A DNA stretch of 64,000 nt, from NCBI GenBank assembly GCA_963752285.1, contig CAVVXN010000003.1, positions 416,001-480,000 on the forward strand. The letters are read 5' to 3'. Below are positions 17,858 to 28,400 of the stretch, one piece after another. The first letter of the stretch is position 1. Each line of letters starts with the position of its first letter. The stretch comes from an uncultured Planctomycetota bacterium. GTDB lineage: Bacteria; Planctomycetota; PLA2; JAEUHO01. Both the position numbers and the translations under genes were made by a program. A model generated the notes under the pieces. It had not been told where the DNA came from. It ran no database searches and saw only the letters and a list, made by a program, of their open reading frames with translations.

Positions 17858-19444
17858 ATGAGACGAACCGCCTGGGGGGGCGCGACCACCTGCCTCCTCC
17901 TCGCCCTCTTCGCCGCCCCGGCCCGCGCCGGCGACCTCGCCGACGTGAAGGCCCGCGGCGCGCTGGTGTGGGGCGCCGACCAGGAGGGCGGCGGGCCCTA
18001 CGTCTACCCGCGCGAGGACGACCCCGACCGGGTGACCGGATTCGAGGTGGACATCGCCGACCGCCTCGCGCGCTACCTCGGCGTCACCGCCCGGTTCTCG
18101 CAGGGACCGTGGGACAAGCTCCTGGACCTGCTCCACGCCCGCAAGGTGGACGTGGTCCTGAACGGCTACGAGTGGAACGAGGTCCGCGCCGAGCGCTATG
18201 AGGCGACGATCCCGTATTTCGTGTACGGGCTGCAGCTCCTCGCCCGGAAGGACGACGCGACCATCGCGAGCCTCGAGGACCTCGGCCGGCCCGCGCCCGA
18301 CGGACACCGTCGCAAGATCGGTGTGCTGACCGGCTCCGCGGCCGAGGACTACGTCCGGGAGAAGTACGCCGACGCCTTGGACGTCGTCTCCTACGACGGC
18401 AACACCGACTCGATGCGCGAGGTCGAGACCGGAAAGCTCGACGCCACGTTCCAGGACACGCCGATCGCGCGCTTCTACGGCCCGTCGTTCCCGAAGCTCC
18501 ACGAGGTCGGAGCCCCGGTCGCGAAGGGCTACTACGTCCTCTATGCGCGTCGCGGCGCGGACGACCTCGTCCGCGCGCTGAACGAGTCGATCATCCTGCT
18601 CGTCCGCTCGGGCGAGCTCCAGCGGATCTGCGAGCGGTACGGCATCTGGGACGACAACCAGGCCGAGCTCCTCGCGATCGCAAAGGGCGGGCGCTTCTTC
18701 GGCTACCAGCGCTCCGTCGCCGCCGACACCGGGGCCGGCGACCTCCCGACCGAGGCGGAGGTGCGCTCGATCACGGTCGGCGTGCACGGGTGGACGGTCG
18801 TCCAGCGCTACCTCGTGCCGCTGCTCGAGTCCGCCGGCATGACGGTGTTCCTGTCGGTCTTGTCGTTCCCGATCGCGATCCTCATCGGGCTCCTCGTGGC
18901 GGTCGGCCGGCGCTACGGGCCGGGGTGGGTAGCACGGCCCCTCGCGCTCTACGTCGAGATCCTCCGCGGCACGCCGCTGATGCTCCAGCTGTACTTCGTG
19001 TTCTTCCTGCTGCCCGAGGTGGGCGTGAACCTCCCCGCCCTCGCCACCGCCATCGTGGGCCTCGCCGTCAACTACTCCGCGTACGAGGCCGAGATCTACC
19101 GCGCGGGTCTCCAGGCCGTGCCGCACGGCCAGATGGAGGCGGCCCTTGCGCTCGGCATGAGCCGCGCACAGGCGGTGCGGCGGGTGATCGTGCCGCAGGC
19201 GGTCCGTGTCGTGATCCCGCCCGTCGTGAACGACTTCATCTCGCTGTTCAAGGACACGTCCGTGTGCTCGGTCGTGACGGTGGTCGAGCTCACGAAGCGG
19301 TTCTCGGTGCTCGCCATGAGCACCCAGGCGATCGTGGAGATGATGGCGATGACCTGCGTGCTCTACCTGGCGATGTCCTATCCCATGGCGGTCCTCTCCC
19401 GGCGCCTCGAGCGTCGCCTGGGCTTCGCGGGAGCCCTGGCGTGA
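17858..19444 (+). CDS. Polar amino-acid ABC transporter, fused substrate-binding + permease
   Basis: SBP_bac_3-type N-terminus (TGFEVDIA, WDKLL), then His/Glu/Gln/Arg-family permease motifs YVEILRGTPLMLQL, NYSAYEAEIYRAG, GQMEAALALGM, LFKDTS. Confidence 0.92.
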   Translation: MRRTAWGGATTCLLLALFAAPARAGDLADVKARGALVWGADQEGGGPYVYPREDDPDRVTGFEVDIADRLARYLGVTARFSQGPWDKLLDLLHARKVDVVLNGYEWNEVRAERYEATIPYFVYGLQLLARKDDATIASLEDLGRPAPDGHRRKIGVLTGSAAEDYVREKYADALDVVSYDGNTDSMREVETGKLDATFQDTPIARFYGPSFPKLHEVGAPVAKGYYVLYARRGADDLVRALNESIILLVRSGELQRICERYGIWDDNQAELLAIAKGGRFFGYQRSVAADTGAGDLPTEAEVRSITVGVHGWTVVQRYLVPLLESAGMTVFLSVLSFPIAILIGLLVAVGRRYGPGWVARPLALYVEILRGTPLMLQLYFVFFLLPEVGVNLPALATAIVGLAVNYSAYEAEIYRAGLQAVPHGQMEAALALGMSRAQAVRRVIVPQAVRVVIPPVVNDFISLFKDTSVCSVVTVVELTKRFSVLAMSTQAIVEMMAMTCVLYLAMSYPMAVLSRRLERRLGFAGALA

Positions 19445-20190
19445 TCTCGGTCGCCGATCTCGTGAAGCGACACGGCGAGACGGAGGTCCTCCGCGGCCTC
19501 TCGCTCGAGGTCGGGCGCGGCGAGGTCGCCGCGGTCATCGGGCCGAGCGGCGGCGGCAAGAGCACGCTGCTCCGCTGCATCAACGGGCTCGAGCCGTTCC
19601 AGGGCGGCACGGTCACCGTCGGCCCCGACCGCCTCACGCCCTCGATCGACCCCCGCCGCGACGCGCGCCTGCTCCGGTCCGTCCGGCGCCGCGTCGGGTT
19701 CGTGTTCCAGCACTTCAACCTCTTCCCGCACCTGACCGTGCTCCAGAACCTCGTCGAGGCGCCGCGGCAGGTGCTCGGCGAGGCGCGGGCGGCGGCGGAG
19801 TCGCGCGCGGCGTCGCTCCTCGAGCGCGTCGGCCTCACCGGAAAGGAGCGCGCGCGTCCGCGCGACCTCTCGGGCGGCCAGCGCCAGCGCGTGGCGATCG
19901 CGCGCGCCCTCATGATGGAGCCCGAGGCCATGCTCTTCGACGAGCCGACGAGCGCGCTCGACCCCGCCATGGCGAACGAGGTCCTCGGCGTCATGGCGGA
20001 CCTCGCCGAGGGCGGTCAGACCATGGTGGTCGTGACGCACGACCTCCGCTTCGCCGCCCGCGTGGCGGCGAACGTGCACGTCGTCGCACAGGGCCGGGTG
20101 GTCGAGCACGGGCCGCCGCGCGAGGTCTTCCAGTCGCCCTCGCACGCGGTCACGCGTTCGTTCCTCGAGAGCGTCGGAACGTTCGCCTGA
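19441..20190 (+). CDS. Polar amino-acid ABC transporter ATP-binding protein (GlnQ-like)
   Basis: GPSGGGKST, VFQHFNLFPH, LSGGQRQRVAIARAL, LFDEPTSALDP; GTGA overlap with permease. Confidence 0.93.
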   Translation: MISVADLVKRHGETEVLRGLSLEVGRGEVAAVIGPSGGGKSTLLRCINGLEPFQGGTVTVGPDRLTPSIDPRRDARLLRSVRRRVGFVFQHFNLFPHLTVLQNLVEAPRQVLGEARAAAESRAASLLERVGLTGKERARPRDLSGGQRQRVAIARALMMEPEAMLFDEPTSALDPAMANEVLGVMADLAEGGQTMVVVTHDLRFAARVAANVHVVAQGRVVEHGPPREVFQSPSHAVTRSFLESVGTFA

Positions 20191-20511
20191 CGCCTTTTCG
20201 CGCGTGCCGCGGGACCCTCGGAGTCCGTCCCCGTCGAGAGGCTCCGCTGCGTCTCGATACGCCCTGCCCGCGTCGCCTTGGGCTCGGGCGGGCGCTTCGA
20301 CCGGAGGAGCGGAGCGCGTTCTCCTCGTGGCGCGCACCGGGTCTCGCCGCGCGCGTGCGCCCCGCGCTCGCGCCTCGGATCGGCGACGCGCGGTCCACGC
20401 TCGCCGCGGGCCTGCTCTCGGTGGATCCCGCGATCTGACTCCTCGCGTGACGACGCGGACCTCCGGCCCACGCGGTCGCGATCCTCCCGGATCGTGGTAT
20501 GCCGGGACACG

Positions 20512-21627
20512 ATGAGAGGCTTCGCGATGGTCCCGCTCGCCGCGCTCCGCCTGCCGGGGCTCCCGGCCGAGTGGCCGCCGTGGCTCCAGGTCGTCGTGTA
20601 CGCCGTCGGGGCGATCGCCCTCGCCGCGGTGGTCTCGAGCACGCTCGCGTTCGTCGTGCAAAAGGCGCTCCGCGCGGAGGCGCACACCGTCAAGGGGCCG
20701 CGGCGGCCGCTGACGCTCCTGCTCCTGTCGTTCGTGATCGGCGTCGTGCTGCCCCAAGTCGAGATGCCGCCGGGCCTCCGCGAGGCGCTGGACCAGGCGA
20801 ACGCGATCCTCGCCGTGTTCTCGGCGGTCTGGCTGGTGCTCTCGGTGCTCCGGACCGTCCGATTGGTGATCCTGTCGCGCTACCGCCTCGACGTCCGTGA
20901 CAACCGTCACGCGCGGCGCGTGCACACGATGCTCCGCGTGATCGGGCGGGTGATCGCGACCGCGGTGGTGGTGATCGGGGCCGGCGCCGCGCTCATGACC
21001 TTCCCCGCGGCGCGGGAGTTCGGCACGAGCCTCCTCGCGTCGGCGGGGATCGCGGGTCTCGTCGTCGGCCTCGCGGCCCGGCCCGCCATCGAAAACGTGA
21101 TCGCGGGCATCCAGCTCGCGATGACCGAGCCGATCACGCTCGACGACGTCGTGGTGATGCAGGGCGAGTGGGGGCGCATCGAGGAGATCAGCTCGACGTA
21201 CGTGGTGGTGCGGATCTGGGACGACCGGCGCCTGATCGTTCCGTTCTCGTGGATCCTCCAGAACCCGTTCACGAACTGGACGCGGCGCACGTCCGAGATC
21301 CTCGGCACGGTCTTCTTGCACGTGGACTACACCGTGCCCGTGGACGAGGTCCGCGCGGAGCTCCAGCGGATCGTCGAGAAGTCGGAGCACTGGGACCAAC
21401 GCGTGTGCGGCCTCCAGGTCACGGACGCGACGCCCACCACGCTCGAGCTCCGCGCCGTGCTGAGCGCCGCGGACGCCTCGCACGGCTGGGATCTCCGATG
21501 CGAGGTCCGCGAGGGTCTCGTCCGCTGGCTCGGGGAGCACCACCCCGACGCGCTGCCCCGCGTTCGCGCGACCGTCGGGAACCTCGAGCCCGCCGCGGAC
21601 GCCGGGGGAGCCGTGTCCCGCGCCTGA
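20512..21627 (+). CDS. mscS: Small-conductance mechanosensitive channel (MscS family)
   Basis: SLLASAGIAGLVVGLAA, ENVIAGIQL, WGRIEEISSTYVVVRIWD, PFTNWT. Confidence 0.88.
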   Translation: MRGFAMVPLAALRLPGLPAEWPPWLQVVVYAVGAIALAAVVSSTLAFVVQKALRAEAHTVKGPRRPLTLLLLSFVIGVVLPQVEMPPGLREALDQANAILAVFSAVWLVLSVLRTVRLVILSRYRLDVRDNRHARRVHTMLRVIGRVIATAVVVIGAGAALMTFPAAREFGTSLLASAGIAGLVVGLAARPAIENVIAGIQLAMTEPITLDDVVVMQGEWGRIEEISSTYVVVRIWDDRRLIVPFSWILQNPFTNWTRRTSEILGTVFLHVDYTVPVDEVRAELQRIVEKSEHWDQRVCGLQVTDATPTTLELRAVLSAADASHGWDLRCEVREGLVRWLGEHHPDALPRVRATVGNLEPAADAGGAVSRA

Positions 21628-21714
21628 CGCTCGCGCCGCCCGCGGTCCGCGTGCACGCCCCGCGGGCGCGTGCGATCCTCCGCCGGCCGCCGACGCGGGC
21701 ACGAGGAGCGTTCG

Positions 21715-22188
21715 ATGATCCACGAGAACAAGGCGCAGATCGTCGCCCTGCTGGACGACGTCCTGAGCGCCGAGCTGACGGCGATCAACCAGTACTTCCT
21801 CCACGCGGAGATGTGCCACAACTGGGGATTCGAGCGGCTCCACCAGAAGATCCGCACGGAGTCGATCGAGGAGATGCAGCACGCGGAGGCGCTCATCGAA
21901 CGGATCCTCTTCCTCGAGGGCACGCCCAACGTGACGCGGCTCGGCAAGATCTCCGTCGGAGACTCCGTACCCCGGCAGCTCGAGAGCGACCTCCAGCTCG
22001 AGCTCGAGGCGGTCCGCCGCCTGAACGCGGCCATCGCCACGTGCCGGGAGGCCGGCGACAACAACACGCGCGCGCTGCTCGAGGGGATCCTCCACGACGA
22101 GGAGGCGCACGTGGACTGGATCGAGTCCCAGATCGAGCTGATCCGCCAGGTCGGAGAGCAGGGCTACCTGGCGATGCAGATCCACTGA
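21715..22188 (+). CDS. bfr: Bacterioferritin
   Basis: ELTAINQYFLHAEM, ESIEEMQHA (heme Met), ERILFLEGTPN, DEEAHVDWIE; GAGGAG RBS. Confidence 0.95.
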   Translation: MIHENKAQIVALLDDVLSAELTAINQYFLHAEMCHNWGFERLHQKIRTESIEEMQHAEALIERILFLEGTPNVTRLGKISVGDSVPRQLESDLQLELEAVRRLNAAIATCREAGDNNTRALLEGILHDEEAHVDWIESQIELIRQVGEQGYLAMQIH

Positions 22189-22344
22189 CCTCACGCACCC
22201 CCGCCACGACCTTTGGTCGGCGCGGAGGGAGGCCGACCGCGGGCCCCTCGTCACCGCGACGACGCGCGTGTCGAACCGCACCCTCGCGCCCCCCACGAGG
22301 AGCGAGACGGGGACGAGGGAAGGCCGCGCCGCGTCGCGAACCCC

Positions 22345-22604
22345 AGCCCGCACAACCCATGAACCCTCGTGGATCACGCGGCCCTGCGCACGCCCGATCC
22401 CCGATGGCGGCGTCGTTCGTCGTCGGCGATCCCCAAATCACAGACATGGACGGGGGGGGCGCCTCCTCCACACGCCTTGCCCTCGGGGACCTGGCGCACG
22501 CAGGACACCCTGTCGGAGAAGGCGTGATCGCCCAGCTGTCGCAGCTCGAACCTCCACCGACGCTTCCGTCGAACACGTCGCGTGCTTCATGGGTTGTGCG
22601 GATT
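22345..22604. mobile_element. MITE-like repeat, copy 2 (260 bp)
   Basis: AGCCCGCACAACCCATGAA...TTCATGGGTTGTGCGGATT ends; colinear similarity to 3128-3385. Confidence 0.75.
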
Positions 22605-22950
22605 GGCGGCACGGTGGAGAGGAGGACCGCGACGAGCGGAGGACCCCTTGGGGAATGGGGCCCGCGAGCTCCGTCTGGGGCTTCTCACGGCGGCGGCCGG
22701 AAAGGCGCGTACGGCGGCCCGCTGGGCGCGCGTGTCCCGCCGTCGGGCTCCGTCGCTTCCTCGAAATGCGGACGCGCCGCGAGCTCGTGTGACCTCCTCG
22801 GCCTTCACGGCGAGAAACGCTTCGGGTGCTCGGCGATCGAACCCCCGGGCCTCCTACGGCCGGCGACGGGATCCCGCTCGACAAAATGCCCCGTCCGGGC
22901 GCTCGGCACGGGCGTAGAATGGGATTCCGTTGGTCCGGGGACTCTGGAGC

Positions 22951-24102
22951 ATGCCGCGGCGCCCCGACTTGGCCGTCTTCCGAGCACGATACGCATCTGC
23001 GCTCCGTGCCCACGTGACGGACAACGAGGCGGGATCCCAGCGAAACGGCGCGGCGACCCTGGGCCGGCGCGCCCATCGGCTGGGGATCTCGACCCTCGCG
23101 TTGGCGAGAATCCACGACCAGGCGTTCGCCGCGCTGCGGATCCTCCCGGGGGCTACGCCCGGGGAAGACGGGCGGGACGCGCGGGCCGACGCCTTCTTCT
23201 CCCTCGTCCTCGTTCCGATCGAGGCCGCCCGCCCCGCTGCCGCGGCGGCGCGCCAGCGATCACGCTCCTTGAGCGCGTCGATCGTGCGCTCGTCAGCCGC
23301 CCTCACGAAAGCGCGCCAGCGCGCGACGCAGGCCGTTGGCGAGCGCAGGGCTCGGGAGCGGGACCTCACGGCCTGCCAGGCCGAGCACAGCGCGCTACGC
23401 ACGCGCGCGGAGAGGATGGCCGATCAGCTCCGGCAGCTGGCCCGGAAGCTGCTCATCTCGCAGGAGGAGGAGCGAAATCGCATCAGCCGAGACCTCCACG
23501 ACGAGCTCGGGCAAACGCTGACGAGCGTCAACATCGCCCTGGCGAGCTTGAAGAGCTCCGCGGCGGCCGACGCCAAGGAGCTTCGTCACGACATCGCAGA
23601 GACCCAGCATCTCATCCGCGACACGATGAGCAGGATGCACAGGTTCGCCAGCAAGCTGCGCCCGCCGCTGCTCGATCACTTCGGGCTCGTCCCCGCGTTG
23701 CGCGAATATGTCGAGACGCTCGCTCGGACGAGCCGGTTGGACGCTCGGTTCACGGCGGAGGAGGAGCGCCTCGGGCTGGGAAGCGAGCGGGCGACGGCGC
23801 TCTATCGCGTCGCTCAGGAGGCGCTCGCCAACGTCTGCCGGCACGCGCGGGCCACGAAGGTACAGGTCACCGTGCGTCGGGTCCCCGATGGGGTGGAGAT
23901 GGACATTCAGGACGACGGCCGGTCCTTCGACGTGGATCGCGTCGATCGTTCTCGGAAGAAGCACCACCTCGGGCTGGCCTGCATGCGAGAGCGCATGGAC
24001 ATGATCGGTGGGGCGCTCGTCATCCGATCGGCGCCCGGACAGGGAACGACGGTGCGCGCGGTCCTGCCGAAGTCCGAGGAGGACCGTGACCAGCCCGGAT
24101 AA
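22951..24102 (+). CDS. Cytoplasmic sensor histidine kinase (HisKA_3) with RsbU N-terminal-like domain
   Basis: QEEERNRISRDLHDELGQ H-box, LRPPLLDHFGL, QEALANVCRHA, IQDDGRSF, SAPGQGT; N-terminus YASAL...LGRRAHRLGISTLALARIHDQA resembles RsbU_N; no TM segment. Confidence 0.88.
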   Translation: MPRRPDLAVFRARYASALRAHVTDNEAGSQRNGAATLGRRAHRLGISTLALARIHDQAFAALRILPGATPGEDGRDARADAFFSLVLVPIEAARPAAAAARQRSRSLSASIVRSSAALTKARQRATQAVGERRARERDLTACQAEHSALRTRAERMADQLRQLARKLLISQEEERNRISRDLHDELGQTLTSVNIALASLKSSAAADAKELRHDIAETQHLIRDTMSRMHRFASKLRPPLLDHFGLVPALREYVETLARTSRLDARFTAEEERLGLGSERATALYRVAQEALANVCRHARATKVQVTVRRVPDGVEMDIQDDGRSFDVDRVDRSRKKHHLGLACMRERMDMIGGALVIRSAPGQGTTVRAVLPKSEEDRDQPG

Positions 24103-24223
24103 CCCATGAAGCACGCGCCGTGTGCGACGGAAGTGTCGATGCAAGTCCGAGTTGCGATCGCGAGCGGATCACGCCTCCGCCTACGGGCGCGTGATTTGCG
24201 AAGGTTCGTGGGTCATGCGGGGT
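24092..24223. mobile_element. MITE-like repeat, copy 3 (inverted, internally deleted, 132 bp)
   Basis: AGCCCGGATAACCCATGAAGCACGCG matches the reverse complement of the right ends of copies 1/2; GCGTGATTTGCGAAGGTTCGTGGGTCATGCGGGGT matches the reverse complement of the copy 1 left end. Confidence 0.7.
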
Positions 24224-24262
24224 AAGGGTCGGAAGCCGAAGCGGAGGCCTCTCGGGGAGCCG

Positions 24263-24940
24263 GTGGCGCCCACGACCATTCTCCTCGTAGACGATCACAC
24301 GATGGTCCGCAAGGGCTTGCGCGCTCTGCTCGAGGCGGAGAGGGACGTGTCGGTCATCGGGGAGGCGCAGGACGGCCACCAGGCCATCGAGCTCGCGGTC
24401 GAGCTGGACCCCGACGTCGTGGTGATGGACATCGCGATGCCCAACTTGAACGGCATCGATGCCACGATTGCGCTGCGCGCCCGGGCTCCCCGGAGTCGCG
24501 TGGTGGTCCTCTCGGCCCACGGCGAGACGCCGTACGTCGAGCGCGTCCTGTCGATCGGTGCGGTTGGCTTCGTGCTCAAGCACGGGGCGCTGACGGACCT
24601 GCTCGAGGCGATTCGCGAGGCGCAGAAGGGGAGGTCGTTCGTCAGCGCGGGCGTGCGGCGGCGGGTCCGCGCCAGCGCGCGGGAGGTGTCGAGGCGCACG
24701 GGGGCGGGCGGCGATCCTGCCGAGCCGCTGAGCCCGCGCGAGGCCCAGGTCCTGCAGCGGGTCGCCGAGGGGAGCGGCAACAAGCAGATCGCCCGGGACC
24801 TGGAGATCAGCGTCAAGACGGTGGAGAAGCACCGCCAGAGCCTCATGAGGAAGCTCGACCTCCACGGTGTCGCCGACATCGTGAGGTATGCCCTGGCGGC
24901 GGGCGTCATCGAGAGCGGACCGACGCTCGGGCCCGAGTGA
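24263..24940 (+). CDS. NarL/LuxR-family response regulator
   Basis: ILLVDDH, VVVMDIAMPNLNG receiver; LSPREAQVL...NKQIARDLEISVKTVEKHR LuxR HTH; GTG start with GGGGAG RBS inferred. Confidence 0.92.
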   Translation: MAPTTILLVDDHTMVRKGLRALLEAERDVSVIGEAQDGHQAIELAVELDPDVVVMDIAMPNLNGIDATIALRARAPRSRVVVLSAHGETPYVERVLSIGAVGFVLKHGALTDLLEAIREAQKGRSFVSAGVRRRVRASAREVSRRTGAGGDPAEPLSPREAQVLQRVAEGSGNKQIARDLEISVKTVEKHRQSLMRKLDLHGVADIVRYALAAGVIESGPTLGPE

Positions 24941-25404
24941 GGATGCGCTCCGCCGATCGAGCGGACCAGCCTCGGGACGACGACGGATCGGACAGGTAGG
25001 GGAACACCCCATAGCGCGTCACGGGGGCGCCTGCCACCATGTCGCAGTGGGGATCCCTCCTCCGGTTGCCCGCTGCGAGCGAGAGCCTCCTGGGCCCTGC
25101 CGATCCCTCGAACCGTCCGCCGCCGGCGAGCCCCGTGGGGAAATGCTGAATGGTCACGATGCCGCGATGTCATGCCGTGCGATGTCGAGGTGCTGGAGGC
25201 CCGGCCTTTCGGGCCGGGCCTCCGGCGCACTTCGGGCGGTGCGAGATCTCGGATCCGTGAAGAGCCGGGCCCACGTTCGCCCGAGTGGCATGGTCGTCGG
25301 CGTCGTGGTCCTCGATGCCCGCCACGTTGGTCGTGAGCCCCCTCCTCGGCGTCGTTCGCGGCGGCGACCTTTGGAACCGTCGGTCATTTCGCCGGAGCCA
25401 CCTG

Positions 25405-28400
25405 GTGTCGTCCCTCCCCTCCGAGTCCACGAACGACGCCGCGACGGCGGAACGGCCGGTCGAGACGTCCGTCCAGGGGCGGGCGCCCGATCCCGTGCCG
25501 GTCGTGGCCATCGGCACCTCGGCGGGCGGCCTCGCGGCGTGCACGTCCTTCCTGGAGCACGTTCCCACCGACACCGGTCTCGCGTTCGTCATCGTCCAGC
25601 ACCTGGACCCGAGTCACGAGAGCCATCTCGTGGAGCTCCTGGCGAAGGCGACGTCGATGCCCGTCGTGCAGATCACGAACGGGACGGACCTGATCCCGAA
25701 TCGGGTCCACGTGATTCCGCCGGCCGCGGTCCTCACGATCGCGGCCGGGCGGCTGCAGCTGCTGCCCCGAGAATCGCCGCGCCTGCCCATGCCCATCGAC
25801 ACCTTTCTGCGCGCCCTGGCGGAGGACCGCCGGGAGGACGCGATCGCGGTCATCCTCTCCGGGGCCGGCTCGGACGGGTCGTTGGGCGTGGAGGCGGTGT
25901 GGGATCGAGGCGGGTTCGTCCTGGCCCAGGAGCCTCTCGACGCGGCCTTCGACAGCATGCCGCGCCGCGCGATCGCCACGGGCTGTGTGGACAGCGTCCT
26001 CCCGGCGGCGGAGCTCGGGCCGATGATCGCGCGCATCTCCCGTGGCTCGACGCTCCTTCGCGCCCCGCGGCCGCCCCATTCGGACGAACGCCCCGAGGAC
26101 CGGGCTCTCAAGGGTGAGCTGATCCAGCGACTGCGGAGGGCCACGGGAATCGACTTCGGCCAGTATCGAAGCTCCACGGTCGATCGTCGGCTGCGGCGCC
26201 GGGTCTCCCTGCGCGGCTTCCCTGGGCTTCGGGAGTACTCCGACCACGTACGAGACGACCCCGGCGAGCTGCAGAGTCTGGCGCGCGACCTCCTGATCCC
26301 CGTGACGCGCTTCTTCCGCGATCCCGAGGCGTTCGACTCGTTGGCACAGACGGCCTTCCCCGACCTGATTCGGCGCGCGGCGGCCGACCCCGTCGTACGC
26401 ATCTGGGTTCCGGGCTGCTCCACGGGCGAAGAGGCCTACTCGATCGCCATGACCTTCATGGAGACCGCGCAGCGGATGCAGAGCGCCGTCACCTGCCAGG
26501 TGTTCGCGACCGACGTCAACGACACACTGCTCAAGCAGGCTCGGCGCGCCACCTATCCCCAGCACATCGAGGCGGACGTGTCGCGAGAGCGACTCGCGAG
26601 ATTCTTCACACGAACCAACGACCACTTCCACGTCCAACGCGACATCCGGGACCTCTGCGCCTTCTCCCGCCACGATCTCCTGAGCGATCCGCCCTTGTCA
26701 CGCATGGACCTGGTCAGCTGTCGGAATCTGCTCATCTACGTGGCGTCGGGACAGCGTCGCGCGCTCGGCGCGCTTCACTTCGCCCTGGAACCGGGAGGCT
26801 ACCTCCTCTTGGGGCGGTCGGAGTCCGTGGGGGCCGCCCCGGAGCTGTTCGAGGCCGTAGGCACCGACACGGGCCTGTTCCGCGCCCGCGCGTCCGTGAT
26901 CGGCCGGAGGTCCGCTCGCGTCGGCGGAGCCCGAGACGCGCGCCGGCGCGCGCCGACGGTCCGGCTACACGACGTGCCCGACCTCGCGAGCGCCTACGAA
27001 GAGATCATCGCGGCGAACGAGGAGCTGCAGGGCCTCAACGAGGAGCTGGAGAGCTCGAAGGAGGAGATCGAGGCGGCCAACGAAGAGCTGATGACGTTGA
27101 ATCAGGAGCTCAGGAGCCGAAACGCCGCGCTGGACGTGGCCCGCGGCTTCTCCGAGGCGACCATCGACATGGTGCGCAGCGGGCTGGTCGTCCTCGACCG
27201 CGACCAGGTGGTCGTGAACGCGAACCGGTCCTTCTATCGGATGTTCCATCTGGATGCTCCCCATGCGGAGCGGCGCCGTCTCTCGGAGGTCGTCCCGGCG
27301 TACTTCCAATCCCCCGCCGTGGTTCGGCTCCTGCAGCAGCTTCGCACGACCGACCTGGTGCTGGAGGACGTCGAGGTGGAGTTCGACCTGCCGGGTCACG
27401 GCCGTCGCGTGATGGTCATGAATGCGCTCCGGTTCACGCCGGGCGAGATGTACCTCCTCTCGATCGACGACGTGACCGTGACGCAACAGCTGGCGGCCGA
27501 CCGGCAACAGTCTCAGAAGATGGAGGCCATCGGTCACCTGGCCGCTGGCGTGGCGCACGACTTCAACAATCTCCTGACCGTCGTCCTCGGGGGGGCACAG
27601 GTGGCGCTCCTGGACCTCCCGAAGGAATCGCCGATCCGGCCCATTCTCGAGCGCGTCGGCGTCGCGGCTCGACGCGCGGCCGATCTCACGCACCAGCTTC
27701 TGGCCTACGCCGGGAAGTCCCGCGCGTACGTCGAGTCCGTGGACCTGTCCGACCTCGTCACCCAGAGCGCCAACCTCCTGCACGCGTCCATCCCGAGCCA
27801 CGTGAAGCTGCGGCTCGACCTCGAGCGCAATCTCCCTCGCCTCTTGGCGGACCGTAGCCAGATGCACCAGGTCGTGGTCAACCTGGTGACGAACGCGATC
27901 GAGGCGGTCGGAGACGCGGCGGGAGGCGTGCTGGTCCGGACAGGCCGGCAGATGGTGACCCCCGGCGAGGCCCCGGGACCCGGCCCGTGCGACCGGCTGC
28001 CGCCGGGGGAGTACGTGTTCCTGGAGGTGCAGGACACGGGCGCGGGCATGACGCCGCAGACGCAGCGGCAGATGTTCGATCCCTTCTTCACCACGAAGTT
28101 CACGGGGCGCGGCCTCGGCTTGGCGGCGGTTCAGGGCATCGTCCGTCAACACCGGGGCACCGTCCTCGTGACCAGCGTCGTGGGTCGGGGGACGGCCGTA
28201 CGGGTCCTCCTGGCCATCAGCCAGGACCCGGAGACGACTGCGACCACCGGCGGGGGCCCGCCTCTCCCCCGGGGGACGGCCACCATCCTGGTGGTCGATG
28301 ACGAACCGCTCGTCCTCGGTAGCACGCAGCTCGCCTTGGAGAGCCTCGGGTATCGGGTGGTCACCGCAACGGGGGGCGCCGAGGCGCTCCGGTCGCTCCG

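Noticed and set aside
22345..24223. Composite transposon formed by repeat copies 2 and 3 around the kinase
   Set aside because: Copies are divergent and degenerate, no target duplication is visible, and the cognate regulator lies outside
24997..25013. TAGGGGAACACCCCATA as a NarL/LuxR-type site
   Set aside because: Only a 4-bp perfect arm and ~400 bp from the next start; too weak without a second instance
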